DNA of 64,000 nt from Pelagomonas calceolata (Eukaryota). The notes under the pieces were generated by a model that was not told the origin of the DNA, made no database searches, and worked only from the letters and a program-made list of their open reading frames with translations. The stretch spans positions 3,906,001 to 3,970,000 of the forward strand of contig CAKKNE010000002.1 in NCBI GenBank assembly GCA_918797485.1. Reading direction: 5' to 3'. Of this stretch, positions 29,337 through 38,927 are shown in pieces. Position numbers and translations under genes: made by a program. The first letter of the stretch is position 1; each line of letters begins with the position of its first letter.

Positions 29337-32300
29337 TTAGTCATAGGTCGCCATCAAACTCCGGCAGTCGCCGCCCGCGGACGCGAGCATCGTATTAAAC
29401 CGGCCCTGGACAGCACCGATCAGGTCCGAGGCGACGGCGCGCTCCTTCTCGAGGTTTATCGGTGCGGACGGCGCCGCGCAGGCCATCGATGCGGGCCCCG
29501 ACGTGAGGTCCGCGAGCGGGCCGTCCGGCCCCGTCCACGGCGCGCGCGACTCGAGGTCCTTGGCCAGCTGGAGGGCCGCCAGGGCGTCATGGCGCCAGCG
29601 GCTCGCGTTGCAGTATGTAGTCGAGACGGCCTTGGCGAAATGAGTCGCCGAGCTCTCGAGAGACACGGGACCGAGGAAGGGCGACCTGCCCTGTAAAGCA
29701 GCTTCCCGCGCGGCGGTAGGCAAACCGCGACTGCCATCAATGGTCGTCGCGATGGGCAGGCCGTGCTCGAGCGCGAGCCAGACTTTTGTGGAAATTCCCG
29801 AGGGCACGTCGGCCGGCGCCGCAAAGACTCGCGAGCGCCTGAGGACATTCCCAACATTGTCCAGGCGGCCGGGCGCCCAGACCCGCGCGGACGTGTGGGG
29901 CGGCCGGCCTCGCCCGACGTTTTCGGCCGAGCACACGCGCTGAATTTGCTCGGCATCGTTTTTACTGCGAGCGTCCTTGCACGCGGCTCGAGCCTCTTCC
30001 GCCCAGACGACGGTCCCCGCCAGCATCAGGTTGGCGTTGCGCAGCTCGTCGCACCCGCCATCCACATCGGAAAGCGAAGATATGGCCGGCAGCGCCTCGC
30101 GGAGCAGCCACCGGACCACTTTCCGGTTCGAGTACGTACCTCCACCAACAAATACCAGGTCTTTCCGGGCCGCCCAGGTCTGGGCGTGCGCGTCCCAGCC
30201 TTTGCGGGCCGTCTGCGGGTCGATGCGCGCCCGAAAGGGCAGGACGCGGATCGGCGGCTTAGCCGCACTGATGGTCTCCTTCTTTAGTAATTCATGACCA
30301 ACGAAGTCCGCCGACACCTCCGATGGGGGCGACGCGCGCACCTCCTCGAAGGCCCTCGAGTCGTCGTCGCTGATCGAGAGGACGACCTCCACATCAGGAT
30401 GTCCGTACAACACGCGCTCCGCCTCGCGCACGTTCTTCCAGTAGTTCGGCGCGTCGCCGCGCGCCGCGGCTACGGACTTTGCCCTAGCGTACTGCACGTC
30501 GTCGGAAACTAGCGCTAATCGGATCTTCCTTCTTCTTAACAGGCCCAATTCGCGGACGACAGGCAGTAATAGCAACGGTATGGGCGCCGCGTCCCTCCTA
30601 TAAAACCACGTCGTCCCGATGACCACGTCCACCCGTTGCTTCGCTAGGCGCGGTGCCGTCACAGCCTTCAAATCGGAGGACACAGCGAAGACCGCGAGGT
30701 TCGAATCTTCGCAGCCGGCGATGTCCAGGTCGCGCACCATCTTGGCGGGCAGGGCCTCCCACTTCGACGAGAACTCTTTTGGTGCTTTGGCGTCGCGATG
30801 GGCCAAAATCACACGGTGGCCCGCGCGGCACGACCACGACAAGATCTGGCGGATGCGCACGTGGCCGCCCTCGTAGGGCGTCGGGAGCTTCTCGTAGGCC
30901 ACGAAAATCGTCAGGGCGGCGCCGGCCACCGTCGCGTCGTCTATGAGTTCAGCTTCGAACTCCGGCCGCGCCCGCGCCCGCGCGCAATCCGAATTATTCC
31001 GGCGCTGGGGGCACGTCTGCGTCGAACACCACTTGTTGACCTCCTCCTGGATTACACTTGAAGGCAATAGTTGGATACCCGGCAGGGCCGCACATCGCGA
31101 CAAGTCCACATCAGCACCCAACCGGTCCCAGAGGTACTGGTAGGAGTGCATGCCCAGGGCCTTGAGCCGCGGCTTGTTCGGCCCCGAGAAGAAGTTGAGG
31201 GCGTAGGCCGACGCCGGTGCCGGGAGTCGAATCGTGCCGTGCGGCGCCGCGGCCGCGTCGACACCACAACAACATCTCGAGACCACATCTTCCTGTAAAG
31301 TAGCCGTCAGGAAGGCGGCGGATTCCAATGTTGTGAAGAAGGTGCCGGCGTGGTTCTCGCAGACCTCGGTCCGCTTTTGGAGCAGCGCGTCCTTCTGCAA
31401 TTTGCGAGCCTCGGCCTTGGACGCGTCCGGCGGCACGCCGTCGCCAGCTAAATGAAAAGTCCAGCGCTTGCCACCTAACACGACGGCCCGTCCGACATGC
31501 GCCAGCGACGCCATGAAGGCGCCGCCCCAGGGCGAGAAGCCCGGCGTTAGTGCCGTCGGCGCCTGGAGGCGACTCAGCCAGGACCTCGGGAATACGAGCG
31601 TATCGTGGCCCAGGTGCGGCTCGCCCACGCTCCGAAACACGTCATCCAGCGTCTCAAACGCGCGCGGCGCGATCTGTCTTCTAGTAATAGACCAGGCCGT
31701 GCGCAACGGCCTCCTTTCATCTAACACGAGCTGTTGGAGGTGAACGTAGAAGTGCGGATGTATTAGGATATCAGGATTGGTCAAAACGACGTAGTCCGCC
31801 TCGTGGTTATGCGCAGCGCACTCAAGCAGGTCCGACACCAGTGGTAATCTCATCCCGTTCGCCGTAATCACGCCGTTCCCCAGCTCGCACGCCCGCCGCA
31901 CGGGGAAGCGCGTCAAGATGCGTTGCGCGTCTCGGTCGTCGTGCCTTGCTGCCGCTACGAGCTCCACATCAATACCTGATCTTGTTGCGACCCTCCAAGC
32001 GCTACTTAGAGCCTCATGAGCGACCTCGTCCTCGTTGATCGCCTCGCCACCGATGGTCGTGTGCGCGTGCGGCTTACTGCGGAAGAAGGGGTTCGTCACG
32101 TGCACGAAGCGCGGCCAGGCCACGGGCGTGCCGTGCGTGGGCCTTCGGAAATCCCTACCGTCCATGACCTGGGCCCGCTCGGGCAGCGAGTCCACAAAAT
32201 TATTGCCCCAGTGCTTTCTAACTGGAGAGAAGAGCAGGCGCCTTCTTTGATTGCCGTCGTCGTCGGGCTCGCCCTCGTCCTCTTGCTTTGGTGTCGGTGC

Positions 32301-33998
32301 CGGCGTAGGTTCCGCGTTAGTAGTGTTGACCTCCTCGGCGAAGGCCCCCCTCAGCAACAAGGCGGCGTCCGTGTCCTCCTTGAGTCGATCGTCGCCGTCA
32401 TCGTACCCATGAGCCGAGAGCCACCCACCAAATCCCTCCGTGACCCTCCTAAGAGCCAAATAGACGTCGCAGTGCGGCACCCTTCTTTGAACCTCATCTA
32501 AGACAATTCGTTTCGAGTAGGCCTTCGGTTTTGAGGTGGCCGCGTGGACGTGGCCGGCCCCAAAGCCGGTGGTCGAGTCCCAGCACTTGCGCGGCTGGTG
32601 CCTTCCTCGCTTCGGCGAGTTGGCCCCTCTCTGACACGACGTCGGCTTCCGATTCGCGAGCTCGTCGACGTGTTGGACCACTGCTGAAGCGTCGACGGCG
32701 TTCTCGTTTCCCAGAACGGCTCTACTAAGTCGCTGGACCTCGCTCGTATAATTCAACTTCATGCGCTCATACACAGCATCGTAGCAGACGTAGGGCGCCC
32801 AGTGCGCGTACTGCTGAAATCTCAAAGCAACACCATGAGATCTTTGGGTCCGCGTGGACCCGGTCGGCGCGAAGCAGGCCCCGAACATAAGCATCGACGA
32901 CAATACCACATCCCGCACGTCGCGGTGGGACGTCAGGATCACATCGACCTGATTTACCAAGCGAGGCACGAAGATGTGCGTCTTCAGCACGCAGATGCGG
33001 GAACTCAGACAAGCGTCGAACGCCGCGGCGTCGCCGTCCGCGTGCGCGCCGTGGACGGCGTACTCTTCAGCAGAGAGGCGCCTTCTTTGAACGTACTGCT
33101 CGAGCATGCTCTTGACGGCGTTGTACTGCCACGTGCTGCCGCTCCGCGACAGGCCGGTCACCAAGACCCTTACGCCGAGCCACGTGTTGTTCTGCGATCG
33201 TCGCGCGCGGCAGGGCACTGCTTTACCGGTCGCGAGCGCGTTGGCCTCGGCGTGCGCCGCGCGGCGCGTCGAGTTGACGCGGTACTTCGTGTCGACGGCG
33301 ACGACGGCGCGCGACGCCTTCTTCGGCGTCGCGACCGGCGCGGGCGTCGCGCGGTCCCGCGGCTCGTAGCGGTCCGGCGTCGGCGCGGGCGTCGTCCGGT
33401 CCCGCGGCTCTTCTTTTGGCGTAGCGACCGGCGCGGGCGTCGTGCGGTCCCGCGGCTCGTAGCGGTCCGGCGTCGGCGCGGGCGTCGCGGGCCGCGGTGA
33501 TGGCCGCGGCGACGGCGCGGGCGTTGCTAGCTTCCTCGCGCGTTCGGCCGCCAGCCGCGCCGCCTCCGCGCGTTCGGCCGCGGCGCGCTCCTCATCCACC
33601 TTTTCTTTTTGTGCGCGCCGCTCCTCCGCCGCGCGCTCGGCCTCCATCTGGTGTCTCCGCCGCTCGGCCTCGGCCGCTGCGCGCTCCTCCGCGTCAATCT
33701 TAGGCGTTTCCACGCGCATCGTCGACGGCGCCGGCGTCGGCCGCGGGCTGTGGACGACGCGCGGCCAGGGCGCGTCGCCGGTCCAGGCGTCGCGCGCCTC
33801 GGCGCGCCACGTCTCGAGGAGGCCGCCCTCGCGCTCCGCCGCCGCCGCACTATGTAGTTGCAGCATGTGCCGCGCGTTCACCGCGAGCGCGCACACCACG
33901 GCGAAACCGATCAGCGCGCACCACGCCGGGCGTGATGAGCTTTGCGTCCCGTGGCGGCGCTCCCGTGGCCAGGGCCGCGGCTCGCGCGGGCGGCGCAT
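29337..33998 (-). CDS. Large type II membrane protein: sulfotransferase-like domain, GT-A-like region and C-terminal GT-B-like glycosyltransferase domain
   Basis: N-terminal TM, TPAP stalk repeats, LVTGLSRSGSTW...LKTH...HRDVRDVVLS, LTNPDI, FVGG...GISTKVWLALEHGLPIATT. Confidence 0.75.
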   Translation of the reverse strand: MRRPREPRPWPRERRHGTQSSSRPAWCALIGFAVVCALAVNARHMLQLHSAAAAEREGGLLETWRAEARDAWTGDAPWPRVVHSPRPTPAPSTMRVETPKIDAEERAAAEAERRRHQMEAERAAEERRAQKEKVDEERAAAERAEAARLAAERARKLATPAPSPRPSPRPATPAPTPDRYEPRDRTTPAPVATPKEEPRDRTTPAPTPDRYEPRDRATPAPVATPKKASRAVVAVDTKYRVNSTRRAAHAEANALATGKAVPCRARRSQNNTWLGVRVLVTGLSRSGSTWQYNAVKSMLEQYVQRRRLSAEEYAVHGAHADGDAAAFDACLSSRICVLKTHIFVPRLVNQVDVILTSHRDVRDVVLSSMLMFGACFAPTGSTRTQRSHGVALRFQQYAHWAPYVCYDAVYERMKLNYTSEVQRLSRAVLGNENAVDASAVVQHVDELANRKPTSCQRGANSPKRGRHQPRKCWDSTTGFGAGHVHAATSKPKAYSKRIVLDEVQRRVPHCDVYLALRRVTEGFGGWLSAHGYDDGDDRLKEDTDAALLLRGAFAEEVNTTNAEPTPAPTPKQEDEGEPDDDGNQRRRLLFSPVRKHWGNNFVDSLPERAQVMDGRDFRRPTHGTPVAWPRFVHVTNPFFRSKPHAHTTIGGEAINEDEVAHEALSSAWRVATRSGIDVELVAAARHDDRDAQRILTRFPVRRACELGNGVITANGMRLPLVSDLLECAAHNHEADYVVLTNPDILIHPHFYVHLQQLVLDERRPLRTAWSITRRQIAPRAFETLDDVFRSVGEPHLGHDTLVFPRSWLSRLQAPTALTPGFSPWGGAFMASLAHVGRAVVLGGKRWTFHLAGDGVPPDASKAEARKLQKDALLQKRTEVCENHAGTFFTTLESAAFLTATLQEDVVSRCCCGVDAAAAPHGTIRLPAPASAYALNFFSGPNKPRLKALGMHSYQYLWDRLGADVDLSRCAALPGIQLLPSSVIQEEVNKWCSTQTCPQRRNNSDCARARARPEFEAELIDDATVAGAALTIFVAYEKLPTPYEGGHVRIRQILSWSCRAGHRVILAHRDAKAPKEFSSKWEALPAKMVRDLDIAGCEDSNLAVFAVSSDLKAVTAPRLAKQRVDVVIGTTWFYRRDAAPIPLLLLPVVRELGLLRRRKIRLALVSDDVQYARAKSVAAARGDAPNYWKNVREAERVLYGHPDVEVVLSISDDDSRAFEEVRASPPSEVSADFVGHELLKKETISAAKPPIRVLPFRARIDPQTARKGWDAHAQTWAARKDLVFVGGGTYSNRKVVRWLLREALPAISSLSDVDGGCDELRNANLMLAGTVVWAEEARAACKDARSKNDAEQIQRVCSAENVGRGRPPHTSARVWAPGRLDNVGNVLRRSRVFAAPADVPSGISTKVWLALEHGLPIATTIDGSRGLPTAAREAALQGRSPFLGPVSLESSATHFAKAVSTTYCNASRWRHDALAALQLAKDLESRAPWTGPDGPLADLTSGPASMACAAPSAPINLEKERAVASDLIGAVQGRFNTMLASAGGDCRSLMATYD
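33330..33490 (-). repeat. Coding tandem repeat (TPAPTPDRYEPRDR / TPAPVATPK stalk)
   Basis: Repeated CGGTCCCGCGGCTC and GGCGCGGGCGTCG units. Confidence 0.8.
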
Positions 33999-34455
33999 GC
34001 TTTTTTGTGGTGGGCTGCTTCTAAATGGCCGTCACGGCTGCCCCATTTGCATCCGTACCATTGTGCAATTCGCTGTCGCAGTGCGGAGGCTGCAATAATT
34101 TTTAGCACCACTTCGATGGTGACGGGTTTTCGGGATCCAGAGGAGCAGGCAGGGGGCGCATCGACGCGTCTTCTACGTTTCCACGCGGTTTGCGACGCCC
34201 TACTTTTTTCGGCGGTGGCGGCGGGTTTGGAGAGCAGGTTTGTATCTCAAGCTAATGAGAGGCGGCAGCCCGCGGCTGTGCAGCGACGGGCGTACCGAGC
34301 TGTACGCATCACTCATTGCATCGGCGTGATGACGGCTGCGGACCGGGACCACGCGTGAGGCACCGTGTGCGGCTGCCCTTGCCATAGCCTCCAACCAAGC
34401 CGCGGCGCAGCGATCGCGGGACGACCGCCACGCCGTCGGCGCAGCGATCGCCGGG

Positions 34456-34968
34456 ATGGCCGACGAGGCCCGGTCGACGGCCGACGAGCCCCGGAGCCCG
34501 CTGAGCCCCGGCGGCCACGAGGCGGTCGATTTGGGCGATGACGACGGCCCGGTGACGTACCAGGCGTGCGACTTCGCGGATTTGGATCGAGTGGGAGACC
34601 GCGACGCCGTGCCGGTCTACAACGTGGACCCGCGGAACGGGACTCCAAAAAGGGGGTCCAAGGACGTTAAGTTGGACGTGCCCTGGCCGCCGCCCTCGCC
34701 GCCCCTGTCGCCGACGGAGGAGGCCCAGCAGCTCGTGAAGATGATGATGTGCGCGGGTTTCGACGAGCGCGGCGTCACGTACGACGAGGCCGTCGGCCCG
34801 CCGCCGCCGCCGTACTCGCCGCGGAGCCCGCCTTCTACTGAAGACCACGCGGCCCAGGACCAGGACTCGACTTGTGATGACTCGGGCGACGAGGTCCTCC
34901 AGGATGGTCCGAGCGTCAAGGCGCACGGGCCGCCGGACCCGGCCGCGGACGACCGCCGGCCGGGCTAA
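34456..34968 (+). CDS. Hypothetical acidic Pro-rich protein
   Basis: ATG-started, GC3-biased, divergent from the 1553-aa gene. Confidence 0.5.
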   Translation: MADEARSTADEPRSPLSPGGHEAVDLGDDDGPVTYQACDFADLDRVGDRDAVPVYNVDPRNGTPKRGSKDVKLDVPWPPPSPPLSPTEEAQQLVKMMMCAGFDERGVTYDEAVGPPPPPYSPRSPPSTEDHAAQDQDSTCDDSGDEVLQDGPSVKAHGPPDPAADDRRPG

Positions 34969-35023
34969 TTATCTGTGAATGAATTGATATATACACTAAC
35001 TATCCCGTCGACGGGATATGTTA

Positions 35024-35869
35024 CTAGTCGCCCTTCGTCGGCTGCGACCGCACCAACACTAACAAAGCGTCCTTCACCGGCTTGCCCCAGACGAGCCACT
35101 CGCACATCGGCAGCCCCACGACCAAGCCGACAGCCTGGCCGCCCATGAAGGCCGGCCAGGACTTGGGCGTGATCGACGCGAACGTGTCCGTGAAGGATCG
35201 GCCGATCGTGACCGCGGGGTTCGCGAAGGACGTCGAGGACGAAAACCAGTAGCCCGCCGTGATGAAGAGGCCCACGAGCATGGGCACGTCTCCCTTCGCC
35301 TTGATGCCGCCAAAGATCGTGAGGAGTAAGCCTAGCGTCGTCAGGGCCTCGGAGAAGAACTCGCCCCAGCTGTCGCGGTCTTTCCCATCGAAATAGTAGA
35401 TCTTCTTCTGGAACATGGCGTGGGCGACGTGGGAGCCGAGGATGGCGCCGCCGATCTGGAACGGCACGAATAACGCGAACTTGAGCGAGCTCAGCTCGCG
35501 CTTCAGCCAAAAACAACAGGAAACGACGGGGTTGAAGTGGGCCCCGCTAATGCCGCCCAGCACACTAATCAGCACGTACAGGATACCCCACGTCGCCAGC
35601 GTGTTTCCGAGTAAAGCCACACCATCATCCGGGCTCAAAATGTCGCCGTGGTAGCCGCTCCCAACGATGACGGCCACGAGGAACATCGTCCCCAGGGCCT
35701 CCGCGAAGACCTGGCGCGCGAGCGACGCCTCGGGCTCCTCCGCCTCCTCCGCTTTTATCTTGTCTAAAGGAATGCACTTGCCCTCGACCATCACGCACTT
35801 GGCATCGGCTGGCGCGCAGCCCTGGCCGGCCTCGGCGGCGTCGAGTACTTCATCGCCTTTGTCTGACAT
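35024..35869 (-). CDS. MIP family channel (bacterial AqpS-like subtype)
   Basis: ISGAHFNPVVS and YWFSSSTSFANPAVTIGR boxes; about six TM segments. Confidence 0.9.
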   Translation of the reverse strand: MSDKGDEVLDAAEAGQGCAPADAKCVMVEGKCIPLDKIKAEEAEEPEASLARQVFAEALGTMFLVAVIVGSGYHGDILSPDDGVALLGNTLATWGILYVLISVLGGISGAHFNPVVSCCFWLKRELSSLKFALFVPFQIGGAILGSHVAHAMFQKKIYYFDGKDRDSWGEFFSEALTTLGLLLTIFGGIKAKGDVPMLVGLFITAGYWFSSSTSFANPAVTIGRSFTDTFASITPKSWPAFMGGQAVGLVVGLPMCEWLVWGKPVKDALLVLVRSQPTKGD

Positions 35870-36014
35870 GTTTGACTCAATGCTGCTTTCTTTTGATCGA
35901 TGCGGCGGCTGCGATAGCAGCGCTTATCGTGCGGTAGCAGGTTCAGACAGCCACGCTCGACCTCGACGCCGAGCAAGCCCACGATTCGCACAGGTGCGTC
36001 GGCGTCTCGTTTTT

Positions 36015-36037
36015 GCTAGTGTCCTTACGCCGCTAGC
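36015..36037 (+). promoter_or_regulatory. Recurrent bipartite CTAG motif (divergent spacer)
   Basis: GCTAGTGTCCTTACGCCGCTAGC. Confidence 0.7.
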
Positions 36038-36356
36038 TCAGACTCGACCCTTGCCACGCCATGCTTCGGAAGCCCTCTTCGCGTCACACGCTCAATCGCA
36101 TGGTCACGGTTTCCGGAGGGGTCCTGTGAGATCGAGACCCCCTCAGCAGAGATGCGATGCAGAGCATCGAATAAGCCGCCACGACGACTCATTGCCTTTA
36201 TCGTTGCGAGTTGCAGCTCCACGCAACACTCCACTACGCCACCGCGCTGCGCCAGTTCGTCGCGTGCATTGTGCGTTGCGAACAAGCACGCGCAAAGACA
36301 GCATCAGCAGAAGCCATTGAATTGCGCGACGTCGTGGTGCGCATAGATCAAGCAAA

Positions 36357-37151
36357 ATGTCGACGACCACGGTCCTCACGACCGAGAAGCCGAGGCAGTG
36401 GCTCGCGCGGCTCCGAGTTGGCAAGCGCGACGACGACTACATTCCCGAAAGGCTGAAGCACGCGGCCCGGCCCGCGACCAAACCGGACCGCACGCTCCAA
36501 CTGGTCTTCGCGCTCGGGGTGCTCGTCCCTTTTCTCGCGTTCGCGTTTCTCGACCCGGCGGGCGCCCGGGACGCGTTTGCGCTGCAGTATGCGACACTAG
36601 CACAGCTCCCTTCCTACATCATGACAGGGCCGTTCGTCGCCGCGGTTTTGTGTCTCTGCGTCGAGCGTGTTTGTTATACGCTCGTCTGGTGCTGCCCGAA
36701 GGCCTTCGCCGAGTTCTGCTCAAAGCATAACTTGGGGGCGCCCGTCGACGTCATCGTGCGATTATTCGGCGTGAACAAGTTCTTCCAACTGCTGGGCTTC
36801 GCGCACCTATATCTGTTGGGCGGGCTCGCGCCGCCGTCGTCATTGTTCGCGCTCGGCGTCGGCGCGACTCTGGTAGTGTGGGGCCAGGCGCTCAACGTAG
36901 GCATCTACCGCGCGATCGGCAAGGCGGGGGTCTACTACGGCTACAAGTTCGGCGTCGCCGTGCCGTGGTGCACGGGCTTCCCCTTCACGCTCGGCCTCGC
37001 GCACCCGCAGTACCTCGGGTCCGCGGCGACGGCGTACGGGTGCGTGCTGCTCTCGCTGACGGCGGCCCACGTCCCGGGCGGCTACGGCGGCCTCGCGCAC
37101 GCCCAGGCGCTCCTCTACGCCTACATGGCCTACGTCGAGCACAACCTCTGA
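36357..37151 (+). CDS. PLMT: Phospholipid N-methyltransferase (PEMT/PLMT family)
   Basis: GQALNVGIYRAIGKAGVYYGYKFG...PWCTGFPF...HPQYLGS. Confidence 0.88.
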   Translation: MSTTTVLTTEKPRQWLARLRVGKRDDDYIPERLKHAARPATKPDRTLQLVFALGVLVPFLAFAFLDPAGARDAFALQYATLAQLPSYIMTGPFVAAVLCLCVERVCYTLVWCCPKAFAEFCSKHNLGAPVDVIVRLFGVNKFFQLLGFAHLYLLGGLAPPSSLFALGVGATLVVWGQALNVGIYRAIGKAGVYYGYKFGVAVPWCTGFPFTLGLAHPQYLGSAATAYGCVLLSLTAAHVPGGYGGLAHAQALLYAYMAYVEHNL

Positions 37152-37349
37152 TGATGGACTGCGTGTCCTCCGTCCTCGAAATCTAATTGTTTATTTATTC
37201 TCGACTCGGAGCGTCTCGCGCAATGCGCTCCCGCCACGACGCGCGCCCATCGGGACTCGGGCGTAGCACCTACGCCATCGACGCGAGCGCTCCCGGAAAG
37301 TCCACGACGCGATACGCCTTCGACGCAAGTGCTCAAAACAACGACCTTA

Positions 37350-38468
37350 CTAGTGTCCGACGATGCCCCCGGCCTTCTCGGCCTCGCGCCGCTTCTGCCC
37401 AATTTCCTTCTTCGTCTCGGCCCAGGCCTTCGGCAGCTCAATCCCAAAAGTCTCGCACTCCCGCACCACGTCCTCGCGCGGCAGCCCCTCGACCGGCGAC
37501 ACGACCCGATCATACCTATGCTTGAACGTGTGCAAGGCCTCGATGTTCGCCAGGTACTCCGTATCTCTTTTATGCGCGTCGATGAGGAACTTGCCCTTGA
37601 AGCCGATGGCGTCGGGCTTGCCTGTGTGTTTTCGTGTGTTTTTGCGCCCCCACGCCATCGACGCGGCCTCTCTCTGTTCTCTCGGCAGAGGCCTCGCGCT
37701 TACTGTCCGACGCGACCTGGCGGACGCCGTCGACGCACCGATGGGCTCCATCTCGTCCGACAACCGGTAGATCAAGGGTATTCCGGTAGGAATTTCAAAG
37801 TCCCGGATGTTCTCGATCGCGATGTTGTCCATATGTTGTACCAAGCAGCGAAGCGTGTTGTTGTGCGCCGCGACCAGTACCCTCTTACCCCGCCGCATCG
37901 CCGGGACAATATTGTCGACCCAATAAGGTAATACTCTCTCTTGACACATCCTCAAACTTTCACCAGTGGGCAGGGCGTTCGGCCCCAGGTGCTGGTACCT
38001 TCGATCCCGCCCCGTCCAGAAGGGGTGGTCGGGGCGCATGCCGATCGGCTTCTTGTCGAAGCCGCGCCGGAACTTCTGGAGCAGTTCCTCGCCCATCTGG
38101 TCTTTCACCTCCTGCTTCGACATGCCCGTTAAAGCCCCATAATGCCGCTCGTTCAACCGCCACGACCGTCGGACCGGAATCCAGTGCTGGTCGCAGCAGT
38201 GGAGCGCGCTCCACAAGGTTCGTACCGCGCGTTTCAATAACGAAGTATGCGCTTCGTCAAATTCGAAGCCGTGCCTTTTGAGCATTATGCCCGCGTGCGT
38301 CGCCTCCTCGCGGCCCTGCTCCGTGAGGTCCACGTCGACCCAACCTGTAAATCGTTTCGACGCGTTCCACTCGGACTGGCCGTGTCTTAATAACACGAGT
38401 AGGTGCTGGGCCCGCGTTTGTGCTTTGCGTGGTCTTTGTCGCGTGAGCAGTCGCGCGGCGCGGAGCAT
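37350..38468 (-). CDS. gpmA: 2,3-bisphosphoglycerate-dependent phosphoglycerate mutase with mitochondrial-type presequence; in-frame intron 37622-37738
   Basis: LRHGQSEWN..RFTGWVDV, WRLNERHYGAL, AAHNNTLR, EIPTGIP; 117-bp GT-AG segment reads as non-homologous sequence in the ORF. Confidence 0.92.
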   Translation of the reverse strand: MLRAARLLTRQRPRKAQTRAQHLLVLLRHGQSEWNASKRFTGWVDVDLTEQGREEATHAGIMLKRHGFEFDEAHTSLLKRAVRTLWSALHCCDQHWIPVRRSWRLNERHYGALTGMSKQEVKDQMGEELLQKFRRGFDKKPIGMRPDHPFWTGRDRRYQHLGPNALPTGESLRMCQERVLPYWVDNIVPAMRRGKRVLVAAHNNTLRCLVQHMDNIAIENIRDFEIPTGIPLIYRLSDEMEPIGASTASARSRRTVSARPLPREQREAASMAWGRKNTRKHTGKPDAIGFKGKFLIDAHKRDTEYLANIEALHTFKHRYDRVVSPVEGLPREDVVRECETFGIELPKAWAETKKEIGQKRREAEKAGGIVGH

Positions 38469-38927
38469 GGTGTGCTCTGGCAGTGCGTTGCTCTTGCAAT
38501 GCAATGCAACTACCGCTTAGGTTTGAATTTTGAGCTGCGGTCTGCAAGGCCGATGAATTATTATTAATGAACAGTGACTTGCCGTTCTAAACTGCCGCGT
38601 CGGCTTCGCGTACGCTGCTCAGAGCTAGGCTGGTGTGTGGCATGATGAGCTCCTCGAGCAAATCGCGCCCGGTGCTCGAGAGGTCTCTACTTCGACTTGA
38701 TATGTATCCCTTCACGGTGCGACGCATGGCTGGCCCTGAAAAAATGCGGCTCGTAGCTTTGGAGACGTGCCCCAGGCGAGCTATTTTGGTCCGCAATTAC
38801 GGCACGCACAGCTGCGTGCACGCCGCGGCTGCAGCAGTATTCGACGCATCGCTGCGTTTCCTGTCGCTATCCGAAGTTTGAACCGTCGCCGCGACCGGCA
38901 GCAGGAGTACAAGCAGTAGCAGCCAGC

